From Sminthopsis crassicaudata (lineage: Eukaryota): a stretch of 64,000 nucleotides of DNA. Of this stretch, positions 26,303 through 38,200 are shown piece by piece; within the stretch, counting starts at the first letter, position 1; every line of letters starts with the position of its first letter. A program made the position numbers and the translations under genes. The DNA lies in the NCBI RefSeq assembly GCF_048593235.1, contig NC_133620.1:372091261-372155260 (forward strand). Reading direction: 5' to 3'. The notes under the pieces were generated by a model, which saw nothing but the letters and a program-made list of their open reading frames with translations, had not been told where the DNA came from and searched no databases.

Positions 26303-26460
26303 TTCTTTCTTTTTTTTTTTTTTTTTTTTTAGACTGGGGTTAAGTGACTTGCCCAGGGTCACACAGCTAGGAAGTGTTAAGTGTCTGAGACCACATTTGA
26401 ACTCAGGTCCTCCTGAATTCAGGACTGGTGCTCTATCCACTACGCCACCTAGCTGCCCCC
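26303..26460 (-). mobile_element. Young full-length WSINE1-like SINE with long poly(A) and TSD
   Basis: Near-consensus body; T-run of more than 20 nt; 12-bp TSD CCCCAGTTCTTT at 26291-26302 and 26461-26472. Confidence 0.92.
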
Positions 26461-26862
26461 CCCCAGTTCTTTAAATGATATTTATATGGCATAAACAAGG
26501 TGCTTTGCCAGCTAGATGTCCTGCTCTAGATGCTCTCTGAGTTATCAGTCTTTCTAGAAATGTGGTGCCCAGAAATGAACACAAGGCTCTATTAAAGTCT
26601 GACCAGAACAATAATCACCACCCCTTCTTACTAGATACTGCCATTTATAATTCATCTTTTGACTATAATAGCTCTCTTAGCTACCAATTGACTTATATTA
26701 AACTTGTAGTCTCTTAAAACCCCCTGAATATTTTTCAAATGAATTTATAAAAGTCTGTGTCAATGATGTGATTTAGCCACTGGTAAATGCTTATTCTTGC
26801 TTAGTCTTCTTTGACAGGAATATTATCCTGCACTAGCTATATAGCAGGTAGGTACTTGGTAC

Positions 26863-27069
26863 AATCAGAAAGACTTATCTTCCTGAATTCAAATGTGGTC
26901 TCAGACACCTAACTGTGTGACCCTGGATGAGTTACTTAACCCTGTTTGCCTCTGTTTCCTCATCTGTAAAATGAGCTGGAGAAAGAAATGACAAACCACT
27001 TCAGTATCTTTGCCAAGAAAACCACAAATAGAGACCATAAAGAGTCCATGACTGAAAATTACTGAACAA
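26863..27069 (+). mobile_element. MAR1-like SINE
   Basis: CTCATCTGTAAAATGAGCTGGAGAAAGAAATGACAAACCACTTCAGTATCTTTGCCAAGAAAACC tail. Confidence 0.75.
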
Positions 27070-28417
27070 CACTACTAGAGGTCTTAGTTCAGATATAGGC
27101 TACTCTGCTTAAAACACATTTAGAGTAATGTGTTCAAGTTGTAAAAACACCATGTTTTAAGAAGAACATCAATAAGCTGGAGAACAGAATAGTGAAGGTC
27201 TTAAAGATGAGAATGAATCAGTAATCAAATGTTAATTATTAAATTCCAGGAAATTCACATTCTAATGAGGGAGAGAACATGCAAGCAAGACATGTGGAAG
27301 GTAATCTAAGAAGAAAGGCCTTAGCAATGGAAAGGACCAGGAAAGGCCTCTGCTGGGATGTGGAATTTGAATTGCCATGAAGGAAGCCAGGAAGTGGAGG
27401 CAAAGAGCATCACAAGCATGAGCCATATCGAGTGAAAAATGGGTAGGAAGGGGTGGGAAGAATGGAAAGAGTTCTAGTTTGATTGTAGGGTATGGGAATG
27501 GCAATAAATGTATATAATAAGATTAGAAAAGTAGGTTGGAATTAAGTTGTAAAGGAATTTAAATGCCAAACACAGAAGAATTTAAATCTTAGCCTAGAGA
27601 GAATAGGGAAACAGTGGAATTTACTAAGTAACAAATGACATGACCAGAAGTATACTGAGGAAAAATCATTGTGGGACAGTCATAGGATACACTGGAGTAA
27701 GGAGACTTAAGGCAGGAGACCATAGATTAAGCGAGATATAGTTATAGAGATATAGATATAGAGATATAGTTAACTAAGAATGTGCCTTTGTGAGTGGAGA
27801 GAAGGAAATAAAACATGCTTAGTCTCAATAAGAAACAGGTGGAAGATACAAAAACACGTATCTTTGATGGGGGGGGGGAGGAACTTCAATCATTATACTT
27901 ATCTAAAAGCAAAATGAGATGCCTCAGGAGATAGTATGATCCCTCTCAGTAGAAATTTTCAAACAAGAAATTATAGCTATCTATGATATACAATATGTTA
28001 AAGAGTGCTATTGTACAGGTATAGGAAGGATTAGCTGGTTTCTATGATTCTTCTCAAATCTGTGATTCTCTTGTTCAGTCATACCTCTCATCCTTGTGCT
28101 AGTGAATTTTTTTAACCCAAAGGAAAGACTTAAATTTCATCTTATTAAATTTGATTCATTCTAGCCTTGGATATTTTGGGAACTTCATATTGTATTCCTG
28201 TGTTATCTTATTTGATAAACATTCCACATATACTTTCATCCAAATAACTAATAAAATTTTTAAGCACAGGATTCCTGTGTGACTTCATTGTCCTGGGTGA
28301 CTTCTTTGAAGATTTCCCTTCTCTATTAATAACTAATTTCTTGATTTGGTTATTCAACTATTTCCAGTTTGGGAAACTATTATCCATGTCATCTTGTTGT
28401 CCAAAAGAATAGCATAA

Positions 28418-28539
28418 GGGGCAGCTAGATGGCAAATTGGAAAGAACTTGGGAGTTCAAATCTGGCCTCAGACACTTAACATTTCCTAGCTATGTGACCC
28501 TGGCAAGCCATTTAACCCCAAATGCTTGCAAAAAAAATC
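28418..28539 (+). mobile_element. WSINE1-like SINE with internal deletion
   Basis: GGGGCAGCTAGATGGC head, CORE and A tail. Confidence 0.75.
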
Positions 28540-28586
28540 TAGCATGAGAAATAGCACATCAAATACTTTTGTTGAAATGAATGTAT

Positions 28587-29798
28587 TTTATTTATGACCA
28601 GAGGAGAACTAGAGATCATTATTGATCACAAAATAGAAGATTTTGATTACATCAAACTAAAAAGTTTCTGTACAAATAATACTAATGCAAACAAGATTAG
28701 AAGGGAAGTAACAAATTGGGAAAATATTTTTAAAAGCAAAGGTTCTGACAAAGGTCTCATTTCCAAAATATATAGAGAACTGACCCTAATTTATAAGAAA
28801 CCGAACCATTCTCCAATTGATAAATGGTCAAGGGATATGAACAGACAATTCTCAGATGAAGAAATTGAAACTATATCCACTCACATGAAAGAGTGCTCCA
28901 AATCACTACTGATCAGAGAAATGCAAATTAAGACAACTCTGAAATACCACTACACACCTGTCAGATTGGCTAAGATGACAGGAACAAATAACGATGAATG
29001 TTGGAGGGGCTGTGGGAAAACTGGGACACTGATACATTGCTGGTGGAGTTGTGAAAGAATCCAGCCATTCTGGAGAGCAATTTGGAACTATGCCCAAAAA
29101 GTTATCAAACTGTGCATACCCTTTGACCCAGCAGTGTCTCTACTGGGCTTATATCCCAAAGAAATACTAAAGAGCGGAAAGAGACATATATGTGCCAAAA
29201 TGTTTGTGGCAGCTCTTTTCGTAGTGGCTAGAAACTGGAAGATGAATGGATGTCCATCAGTTGGAGAATGGTTGGGTAAATTATGGTATATGAAGGTTAT
29301 GGAATATTATTGCTCTGTAAGAAATGACCAGCAGGAGGAATACAGAGAGGCCTGGAGAGACTTACATCAACTGATGCTGAGTGAAATGAGCAGAACCAGA
29401 AGATCACTGTACACTTCAACAACAACACTGTATGAGGATGTATTCTGATGGAAGTGGAAATCTTCAACATAAAGAAGAGCCAAATCACTTCCAGTTGATC
29501 AATGATGGACAGAGGTAGCTACACCCAGAGAAGAAACACTGGGAAGTGAATGTAAATTGTTAGCACTAATATCTGTCTGCCCAGGTTACATGTACCTTCG
29601 GAATCTAATGCTTATTGTGCAACAAGAAAATGGTATTTACACACATGTATTGTATCTAGGTTATATTGTAACACATGTAAAATGTATGGGATTGCCTGTC
29701 ATCGGGGGGAGGGAGTAGAGGGGGGGGGATAATTTGGAAAAATGAATACAAGGGATAATATTATAAAAAATATATAATAAAAATTATTTTAAAAAAAA
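28587..29798 (+). mobile_element. 5'-truncated young L1 (1.2 kb) with uninterrupted ORF2 C-terminus (28594-29448, 284 aa)
   Basis: L1 ORF2 motifs KLKSFCT, SPIDKW, IREMQIKTT, Cys-rich CWRGCGKTGTLIHCWWSC; 3'UTR and A tail; 13-bp TSD GAAATGAATGTAT at 28574-28586 and 29799-29811. Confidence 0.95.
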
Positions 29799-30229
29799 GA
29801 AATGAATGTATATTGCACTTAAGAAGGAAGATGTTATCCATCTTCAGAGAGACAGAGGACAAATCAGCATAGAATAGTGTTACACAGATGCAGATGAATG
29901 TATATGTGTGATTATGGATATCTATGTATATGTGTATATATGGTATATATCTGCATTTAAATATAGTGTTCTTGGGGGAGGAGTGGGGGAATTAAAACAA
30001 GAGTACAAAAGAAAAGCTATAAGGGAAGTAAAGAAAAAATGAACTTCTCTGAATACAATATGTAGTATTTATTATATAAGCTTTCTTAAAATGGAAATTT
30101 ATTACTATTTTGAAATCTCTGATGTTCTACTGTCCATATGGCAATATTCTCTTTTTTTCCCCTTCTATTTTATATTTAAATTTAAAATAAAGAAATAAAT
30201 GATCGCAGCAGTCTAGTGTTTGATAAACC

Positions 30230-31670
30230 CAAAGAACCAAGCTTTGGGAGTAAGAATTCAACATGTATATGACAAAAGGAAGTTTAACAGAAACTAGGCA
30301 TAGACTAACATCTCATCCCATAAACCAACATAAGGTATAAAGGGTAATATCATAAGTAAATTAGGGGAACATGGGAAAATGTACCTGTCAGATCTATCAG
30401 TATCATTAGTTTATGACCAAATGTACTTTTGATTACATGAAATTAAAAAAACTTTTTGTCCCCGAGACAATTGGGGTTAAGTGACTTGCCCAGGGTCACA
30501 TATGTAGGAAGTATTGTGTCTGAGATCAAATTTGAACTCAGGTCCTCCTGACTTAAGGGTTGGTGCTCTATCCACTGCACCACCTAGCTGCCCCCAATTA
30601 AAAAGCTTTTGCACAAAACTCACAAAGCCAAAATGAGAAGGAAAACAACTAGGGGGAAATTGCAAGAAATTTCCCTAATAAAGAAAGATCTTATTTCTTA
30701 AGCATATAGGGAATTGAGCCAAATTTATAAAAATAAGGTTCATTCTTCAACTGATAAATGGTCAAAGGATATGAACAGGAAGTTTTCGGAAGAAATCAAA
30801 GCTATGTATAGTTTTATGAAAAAAATGCTCTAAATCACTATTGATTAGACAACTGCCAACTAAAACAACCATCTCATACCTATCAGATTGGCTAACATGA
30901 CAGAAAGGAAAATGACAAATCTTGGAGGAAATGTGGAAAAATTGAGACACTAATGCATTTGTTGGTAGAGTAGTGAACTGGCCCATTCTAGAGAACAATT
31001 CGGAACTATGCCCAAAGGGCTATAAAAACTGTGTACCCTTTGATCTAACAATACCTAGGGCTAAATACCCAATTGACCAGAGAGCAGGAAAAAGGACCTG
31101 TTTGTACAAAAATATTTATAGCAACTCTTTTTGTGTTGGCAAAGAATTGGAAATTAGGGGGGATGCCATCAATTGGGGAGTGGTTGAATAAGCTGTAGTA
31201 TATGATCATGATAGAATACTACTGTGTTACAAGTAGTGTTGAAGATGGTTTCAAAGAAAATCTGGGAAAACATATGTGAACTGATGGAAAGGGGAAATGA
31301 GCAGAAACAGAACATCATACACAGCAACAGCAATATTATGAAGATGATTAATTGGGAAAGACTTAGCTGCACTTATCAAGACAGGAATATAAGATGATTC
31401 CAAAGGACCTATAATGCAAAATGCTATCCATCTCCAGAGAGTGAACTTAGGAATGGGCAGATTGAAATACTTAAAAAACATGGCTTTATATAAAAATTTT
31501 TGGCATGACCTCACATGTATAACCTAAAATCAAAGCACCTGCCTTCTCAGGAAGGGGGGAGGAGGGACAGAAGAAAAGGAGAGAATTTGAAATTCATAAA
31601 TTTTTTAAATGATTGCTAAAATTTTCTTACATATAATTGGGAAATATTTAATGAAAATAATTTTTAAAAT
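30230..31670 (+). mobile_element. Old degenerate L1 ORF2-end/3'UTR fragment
   Basis: Frameshifted ORF2 motifs (GATAAATGGTCAAAGGATATGAACAGG, GGAACTATGCCCAAAGGGCTAT); interrupted by a SINE. Confidence 0.8.
30452..30595 (-). mobile_element. WSINE1-like SINE inserted in the old L1
   Basis: Near-full body; imperfect TSD AATTAAAAA..CTTTT at about 30441 and 30596. Confidence 0.85.
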
Positions 31671-32079
31671 AAATCAATATATAGTGTGTCCCCAGAATTT
31701 CCCTGATCTACCAGTCTAGTTACCTTGCCAGAAAAAGAAATGAGGTTAGTCTGGCATGACCTGTTCTTAATGAAGCCATGCAGGTTCAGTGATCGCTAAT
31801 TCTCTTTCTAAAAGCTGATGGGCAGACTTCATGGTTTGGGAAAGGAAGCTGCTGGTAGGGGTTGCAGACAAGTGAATAACAGTCAGTGGGTTTCCTAGGT
31901 TTCTTGATGTCCTAGGAGCTATAGGTCAGTGTAACTATTGGCATACCCAGTCATGCCCCTTAATTTCTGCCTGTCCACAGGTCTCAGGTGGGAGAAGAGG
32001 CTTGTTATCGCTAGTGCCATCATTAGTGGACTTAGAAAAAAACCAGTAGATTTTGCAAACTCCTTAAGGGTAAGACCTA

Positions 32080-32480
32080 CAATTGTGGCCCTTCTTTGGT
32101 GACTGGCTTCTCTCCAGAAATAAAGGTTCATCTTTTTAGTATTCTATCAGTGTTGTCATATGGATGCAAACCATGGAACATATCTCCAAAGAATTTAAAA
32201 TAAATTATCACATGGAGAGCAATGAAGTTACATGGCAGGCCTACTGCCACTAATGAGGAACTTTGAAGAGTAAAAGATCTTAATAGGAAAATTACAAGAT
32301 GAGGAAGATGAGCTGATTGGATCCCAAAAGCTGGTGATCAGAGGTGGACGGTCAGAGTACCCCAGTAGTATTGAGGAAAGTCGCCACTGTCTGAGTGGGC
32401 CCCTATTGGGGTAGGGCACCGCCAGTGGTCACACAAGGCATGCTGGTTGGGAAGAGGTGGGCCATCCAAACTCAAGGAAC
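32080..32480 (+). mobile_element. Degenerate RTE-clade LINE 3' fragment
   Basis: Decayed translation SPEIKVHLF..LSVLSYGCKPWN and QRWTVRV resembles RTE RT C-terminal motifs (PVLLYGCESW; RWTARV). Confidence 0.55.
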
Positions 32481-32783
32481 TCTGATTGATTCAACTGAAA
32501 GATGTCTTTGAGTGGAGTCCTCCTGGCGGCTAGCAGAGTGCACAGCAGGTGCACAGGGAATACTTGGGGAAGTTCAAAAATAGCTCACAGTCCTTGGAAC
32601 TTAAAGGCTACAAGAGCACTTAGATGTATTACCTCATTTAATTCCCACAGTCCTCTAAGGTAGGCAGTAAAATACGCGTTTCCATTTTACAGCTGAGTAA
32701 GGAGATTGGGACTTGTTCAGGTCCCATGAGTTAGGATTCCAAGGCAGTGCTTTCTGACTGATTCCTATCCATCAGACCAGGCA

Positions 32784-33037
32784 GGGCAGCTAGGTGGCGA
32801 CCTAGCTCACAGAGCCCTGGATCTGTGTCACAGACTCATCCCAATGAGTTCAAATCTGACCTCAGACACTTATTTATTACCTGGGTGACTCTGGGCAAGT
32901 CACTTCACCCTGTTGTTTCAGTTTCCTGCTCTGTAAAATGAGCTGGAGAAGGAAATGGCAAAAAGCTGCAATGTCTTTGCCAAGAAAATCCTAAACAGGG
33001 TCAGCAAGAGTCAGACACAACTGAAAAAATGACTGAA
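32784..33037 (+). mobile_element. MAR1-like SINE, near full length
   Basis: GGGCAGCTAGGTGGCG head, CORE, and tail ...GAGTCAGACACAACTGAAAAAATGACTGAA. Confidence 0.8.
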
Positions 33038-34568
33038 TATCCATTATACTGCCACTAGTAATACTACTAACATTTATACATCACTGTGTTTGCAAAGGAC
33101 TTTACATGTTAGTTTATTTGATCCTCACAACAACCCTGTGAGGTAGGTGTTATTGATATTCCCATTTTACAGATGAGGAAACTGAGGTTGAGGTTAAGTG
33201 TCTTGCCTCAGGTTGTACAACTAGTGAGGCAAGATTTGAACTCCGGTCTTCCTAAATTCAATTCTAGTACTCCAACCACTGTGCCACCCAGCTCTCTGTG
33301 GGAATACCTTGGGGAAGAGGAGCTAAAAGTCCTAAGAAGGATGGATTAGGATGTGGGAGGCTGGCTGGAGGAGTGGTTTTGGGAAAAAGATAGATGGTAG
33401 GAGAAGGGAGGACTTGTTCCAAAAGAGAGGCCAGTTAATGACTAGTGACTAACAAAGGAAAAGGCATCAAGAAAACATTGTTTAAAATGTCCAGAAAACA
33501 AGTACAGAAGTGAGATATAGCAATTTTGTTATCATTGTAACATTGTTTTTTTTTTTAGAATTGTAGAGTTCGGTATTCTCCAATTCTTTGAACCTTGAGA
33601 TGTTTGTTGCTAAAATATACAATTTTAAAAGAGGTTTGGTTTGGTTTTTTAAATAATGAGGACTTCCATCAGAGGTGAAGTTTCTGTCTTTGACAGAAGC
33701 TAATTCAAGGAAACAGCCTCCTAGGGCCTAAGAGAGTACACTTGGGAAAAGAAGATCCTAGTATATGGGTGCTTTCCCCCTTGGCCTCCTGGTTGCTCTC
33801 TCCAATCTGGAAGATATCATGAGTGGCTATATGCTAACACTTCTGTCCACTACTCCCCACCCCCCACCCCCGCACCCTTCTCAAGACTTTGTTTTGTTTT
33901 GTTGGCTAACTCACTTTAGTAATTGCTTTTGTGGCTCTGATAGCCGCTGGTTCCTGATGGAGCAGGGCTCCTACATGAGCCTAAGGGATTCAGAAAATGA
34001 CACAGATGTGTCTCATCTTCAGCTTTTTCTAAAGCCTAAATGCAGAATTCTTGAGTGCTCCCTGGCTCACTCCTTTCCAGTGCAGTGTATCCAACTTACT
34101 GCTTTCATGATGGATGCCTAAAGGGAAAGGAGGTGAAGTACAAAAGGGAATACCAGCAGAAAAAGGATTATCCCTGGGAAGATCCTAGAGGAGTGGGGGG
34201 AGGACATAACATGGGAATTGGGGGGAGAGGATAGGGTCGAGCTCAAAGGCCCCAGAGAATGGTCCCTTTGTGTAGGGCCACAAGTGGGAGGGGAGGTGAC
34301 AAGGGGGCGATTGTGTGGGAAGGATGGAAGCGCCACACAGACTGGCACCGCCATGGGCAATGCCAGATTTACTCCCCTCCTTGCTCCCAAGAAGGGAGAG
34401 GTTCTCCCTACCAGGGAAAGCCATAAGAGGAAAAGGCTGTTTTGACCAAAAGACAGGGACAGAGATCTTATGGAGAGTACGGGTAAGTGGATGGACCTGA
34501 AGAGAAAGAAGTCCCCTCCCCCCCCTGGACACAGGAAGGAGGAGACAGAAAAGAAAAGAGAAGCAGCT

Positions 34569-34574
34569 TTTACT
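34569..34574 (-). terminator. Candidate non-canonical poly(A) signal (AGTAAA) of DENND4B
   Basis: I saw no minus-strand AATAAA after the stop; AGTAAA is followed by a U-rich tract (TCTCTTTTCTTTTTCTGTCT). Confidence 0.45.
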
Positions 34575-35294
34575 GTATTTACATCCAACAAAACCTCAAG
34601 AACCATTGTTATTGCACAGATTAGGGCCCAGAACAGGTGCCTAAGCCCTGGGAAGGAGGGGGAAGGGGTAGAGGAGGAAGGATACCCCATTTCCAGGGGT
34701 GGGGGAGCACAGGGACCCGAGTTTCTGTGCCCTGAGTTCTCATTCTCTTAAGGAGGGGGAGGGGGCACAACCACAGGGCCCAGGAGCTCCCTTCCCCCAC
34801 CTCACCAATTCAAAATCGAGGCAGCTGTTGTGGCTCCAGAATAAATAACAAAATAAAACATTAATGTTGAGGTGGAAGGCAGGGCTGGGCCCAAGTGGGA
34901 AGGGGAGCATTTCTGACCTGGGAGGCAGGTAACAACCCCCCCCCAGGACCAAGGCAGAGGCTCAGCAGTTCTTTATCTTTCCAGTTGGTTTTTTAAAACA
35001 AAAACTTCCAAGATGACAGGTGGGCATGGATCTGGAGGTGCCTTGGAGGGAGGCGCCTGGGTCTATGGAGGGCAGGAGAGGTAGAACTGTGCCAACTCTC
35101 CTCCCCCATCAGCACAAGAAAAGCGGGTCAGAAACAAGGGGGGGCATGACTTTTGGTGTCAGTGACCTCTCCTGCCCCAGTTGATGCCCACAGACTGGGC
35201 ATTCTGCCTGCATACTCCCCAAACTTGGGAGCAGAGGAAGACGTTACCCAGAAGTTCTTCTGTCCCCTTGGCTGGGGTGAGAAGCCCAGGGGCC

Positions 35295-38200
35295 CTAGCA
35301 TTCCAAAGGTGCCCCAAAACACTTCCGACAGTCGATGGCCTTCGGGCTGGGCATCTGTGCCCGCCGCCGCCGCAGCTCCTCCTTGCCCAAGCTGCTTGCC
35401 AGCTTATTGAAGGCCGCCTTGTATTTCTTGTCAAAGGCCGCTGGCAGGGAAAGGGGAGGCAAGGAGGTGAGCACAGCACCGAAGGGCGGCAGGGAACTAA
35501 GTCCTCACCTTGGCCCCGGTGCATCCTCTAGGAACATCCTACTTGACCCAATCTTACAGCACTTGAGATCTCCAGCCCAGCAAGGCCCCCAGCACCTTCT
35601 CTCTCTTTCCCCCTTACCTATATCCACATGGTCCTTTCCCAGGGCAGCCATAGTCAAGAACAGGATCTCCCGATAGATGCTTCTGGAGATAGACAAGTGC
35701 AAGGCAAATGAGTGGGGAGGAAGAGGTAAGGGTCCGGGAAGAACATGCTTGTGAGGTGGACAGGCCCAAGGGGCTGGAGAGTCTCAGCTCTGTAGCTCTC
35801 TCAGTCATGCCTCCCCATCAAGGGTCTGGTGAGGAAAGAACTGGAGAGAAGCCATTCAAGCTCCAGAACTCATGCTCCATGGGAGACTGTCTAAAGAGGG
35901 AATAGTTTGGGGGGAGATGCAAATTAGAAAAAGGAGCAGGGTCCTCTGCATGTCCTCATGGACAGGGTAAAAACATTCCAATGGGAAAAAGGGGCTTACC
36001 GCTGCAGATGCAGGCCCCCGGGCGGGGGGCCCAGCATGTCCAGGAGAAGGGCCACCGCCTTGTGCACTTCATTGAATCCCACATGGAGAAGCACAGCCTC
36101 CAGCAGAGTCAGGCTGCTCAAAGGGGCAGGGGCCGTGCCTGGCCACGCCACCCGGTGGGGGATCTGGCCTAGCGAGAGAGGAACGAGGGGGGCCTCTGCA
36201 AGGCCAAAGGCCCACCACCATACAACCCCTCCCCCACTCCCACCCTCCACCCAGACCACAAACTCACTGTGAGCCTTCCAAAGGACGTAGAGGGGAGGGC
36301 AGCTGTCAGGCTCGGGGGTTAGTACATCCCACAGCAGCCTCACCTGCACCGCAGCTGGTTCTGAGGGCAGAGATGGGGCCTGGGGGTTGGGAAGAGGATT
36401 AGAGCTGGGCCTGGCAGACAAGGGGTAGAGGCTGGGAGGAGGCAGGGAGACTAAAGGAGCAGGCACTGGTTCGAGGGCCTGAGATGGAGCACCAGAGAGG
36501 AGAAAGAGTGTGGAGGTGGGGAGGAGAATGGAGGGGCCTCGTGGGGGCACCCACCTGGGCCAGGGGGGGCCCATCCCCAGCAGCCAGGACGAGGCCAGGC
36601 AGGGTGCTGGGCAATCGGAGCCGCTGGAAGTACCAAAGCAGGTTCCAGAAGAGGATGGGGTGGGCGGCAGGGAGCTCTGGAAGCGCTAGCACCTCACTGC
36701 CCTCGTTCTCCACCAGGGATTCCAGCTCCTTACGCAGCACCAAAGGGCTCAGGTACGCCCATGCCCCACATTCCACCCTTCTCGGAACACTCTGCAGGTG
36801 GACCAAGGGAGAAAGGGCCGTCACCTCTGTGCCCTTCCCTCCTCCAAAACTAGCACCCCCCCCCACTTGTCCCAGATCCACTCTGACCTCAGCGTCTCCA
36901 TTACAAACAGAAGAGTCATCTAGGGCGAGACAGAGCCGCCGGTCGCTGAGAACGGGGCCAGGGCCCCCAGGCAGGGGAGCATCCTTGTTACTGGCACCTG
37001 CAGAGGTGGGTGGGCTGTGAAGGTCACTGCTGGGAAGATCAAAGAGAGAGGTCAGAAGAGGAGCTTCTAGCTTGTCCAGCTCCCCCTCCCACCCCTCGCC
37101 CCCGGATCCTTGAGGTACCGGGGCCTGGAGTCAAGGGTCTGGACACTAAGCAAGGGCACGAAAGGTCGAGAGCAGAAGGGACAGGTGGTGTTGAGGTTGG
37201 AGTCATCAGGTGCCCAGCCTGCCATAATCTCCTCATCATACACTAGGGAGTCACAGGCTCTACACAGGGAACAGCTGGACAGAAGAATCTGCAAGGGGCA
37301 CAAAAGGCAGTCACCTCAGGGGCTGGATGGCGCCCCAGCTACACCTCCAGCTCCCAGCATCCCCTGCTTTCCCTCCTTGCCCCAGCTCAGCCTTCCTTCC
37401 CTGGACCCCCTATGGATTCACATTCTTCTTCTTTGCCAAGGCCACCACTCCTGCCTCAGCATTAGCAGGGAAGGAGAGAGAAAACAACGTAATTACCTCG
37501 ACAGAGGGAGGCTGGGAGAGACCGGGGGTGTCACTGAGGCGCTCTGAGGAACGCTGAATGCTGAGGCTGCTGAGGGAGTTTTCGGAGAGATCCCACTCAC
37601 TGCCCAGAGATGTGGAGCTCTGCATGAAAACCAGAGGGTTGGCAGGAGGGCTGCTGGTTGCCAGCCCCAAAACTCTTCAGGTGGCCAGGGCCACCCTATG
37701 TGCTCCCTTATGTCCCGGTCAGTGGACCTGAGCAGATGTTCAGTTTTTCAGGGCACCCACCTTCAGACACCACCAGAAGGGCTCTCTCTCCCAAACCCAA
37801 GATAGCAAGTTGCCCCTCTGCCAGTGTGGATGACACAGCTCCTCCCCCACAGCACCCCAGGTCCTTCCTGAGCTTAGATACCTCAGAGGCAGTGGATCCC
37901 GGACGTTCCCGGGGTCGCAGGAGGCTGTCCATAGGACTCCGGCGGGCTGGGAGGGACAAGTCTGAGGGCAGCTCAGGTGGAGGGGCACGAGAAGCAGGGC
38001 TGCGGCGGGAGGGGGTGAGCAGCTGCTGCAAACGGGCACCTATTCCCCTTCGGGGAGTACCCACTGCATCCTGCCGCTTGCCAGTCTTGGGTGCCTGCCC
38101 ACCCAGCCCATCTAGGGCCTCAGTTGAATGGGCACTCAGAGCCATGCCTGTTCCCCCAGGGCTGCCTCCAGGCGCTGGATCTTCACTTGCCAGGCTTACA

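Noticed and set aside
28594-29448. 284-aa ORF as a host gene
   Set aside because: It is the L1 ORF2 C-terminus inside a TSD-bounded insertion.
34840-34857. Two AATAAA hexamers near the DENND4B 3' end
   Set aside because: They are on the + strand, antisense to the gene.
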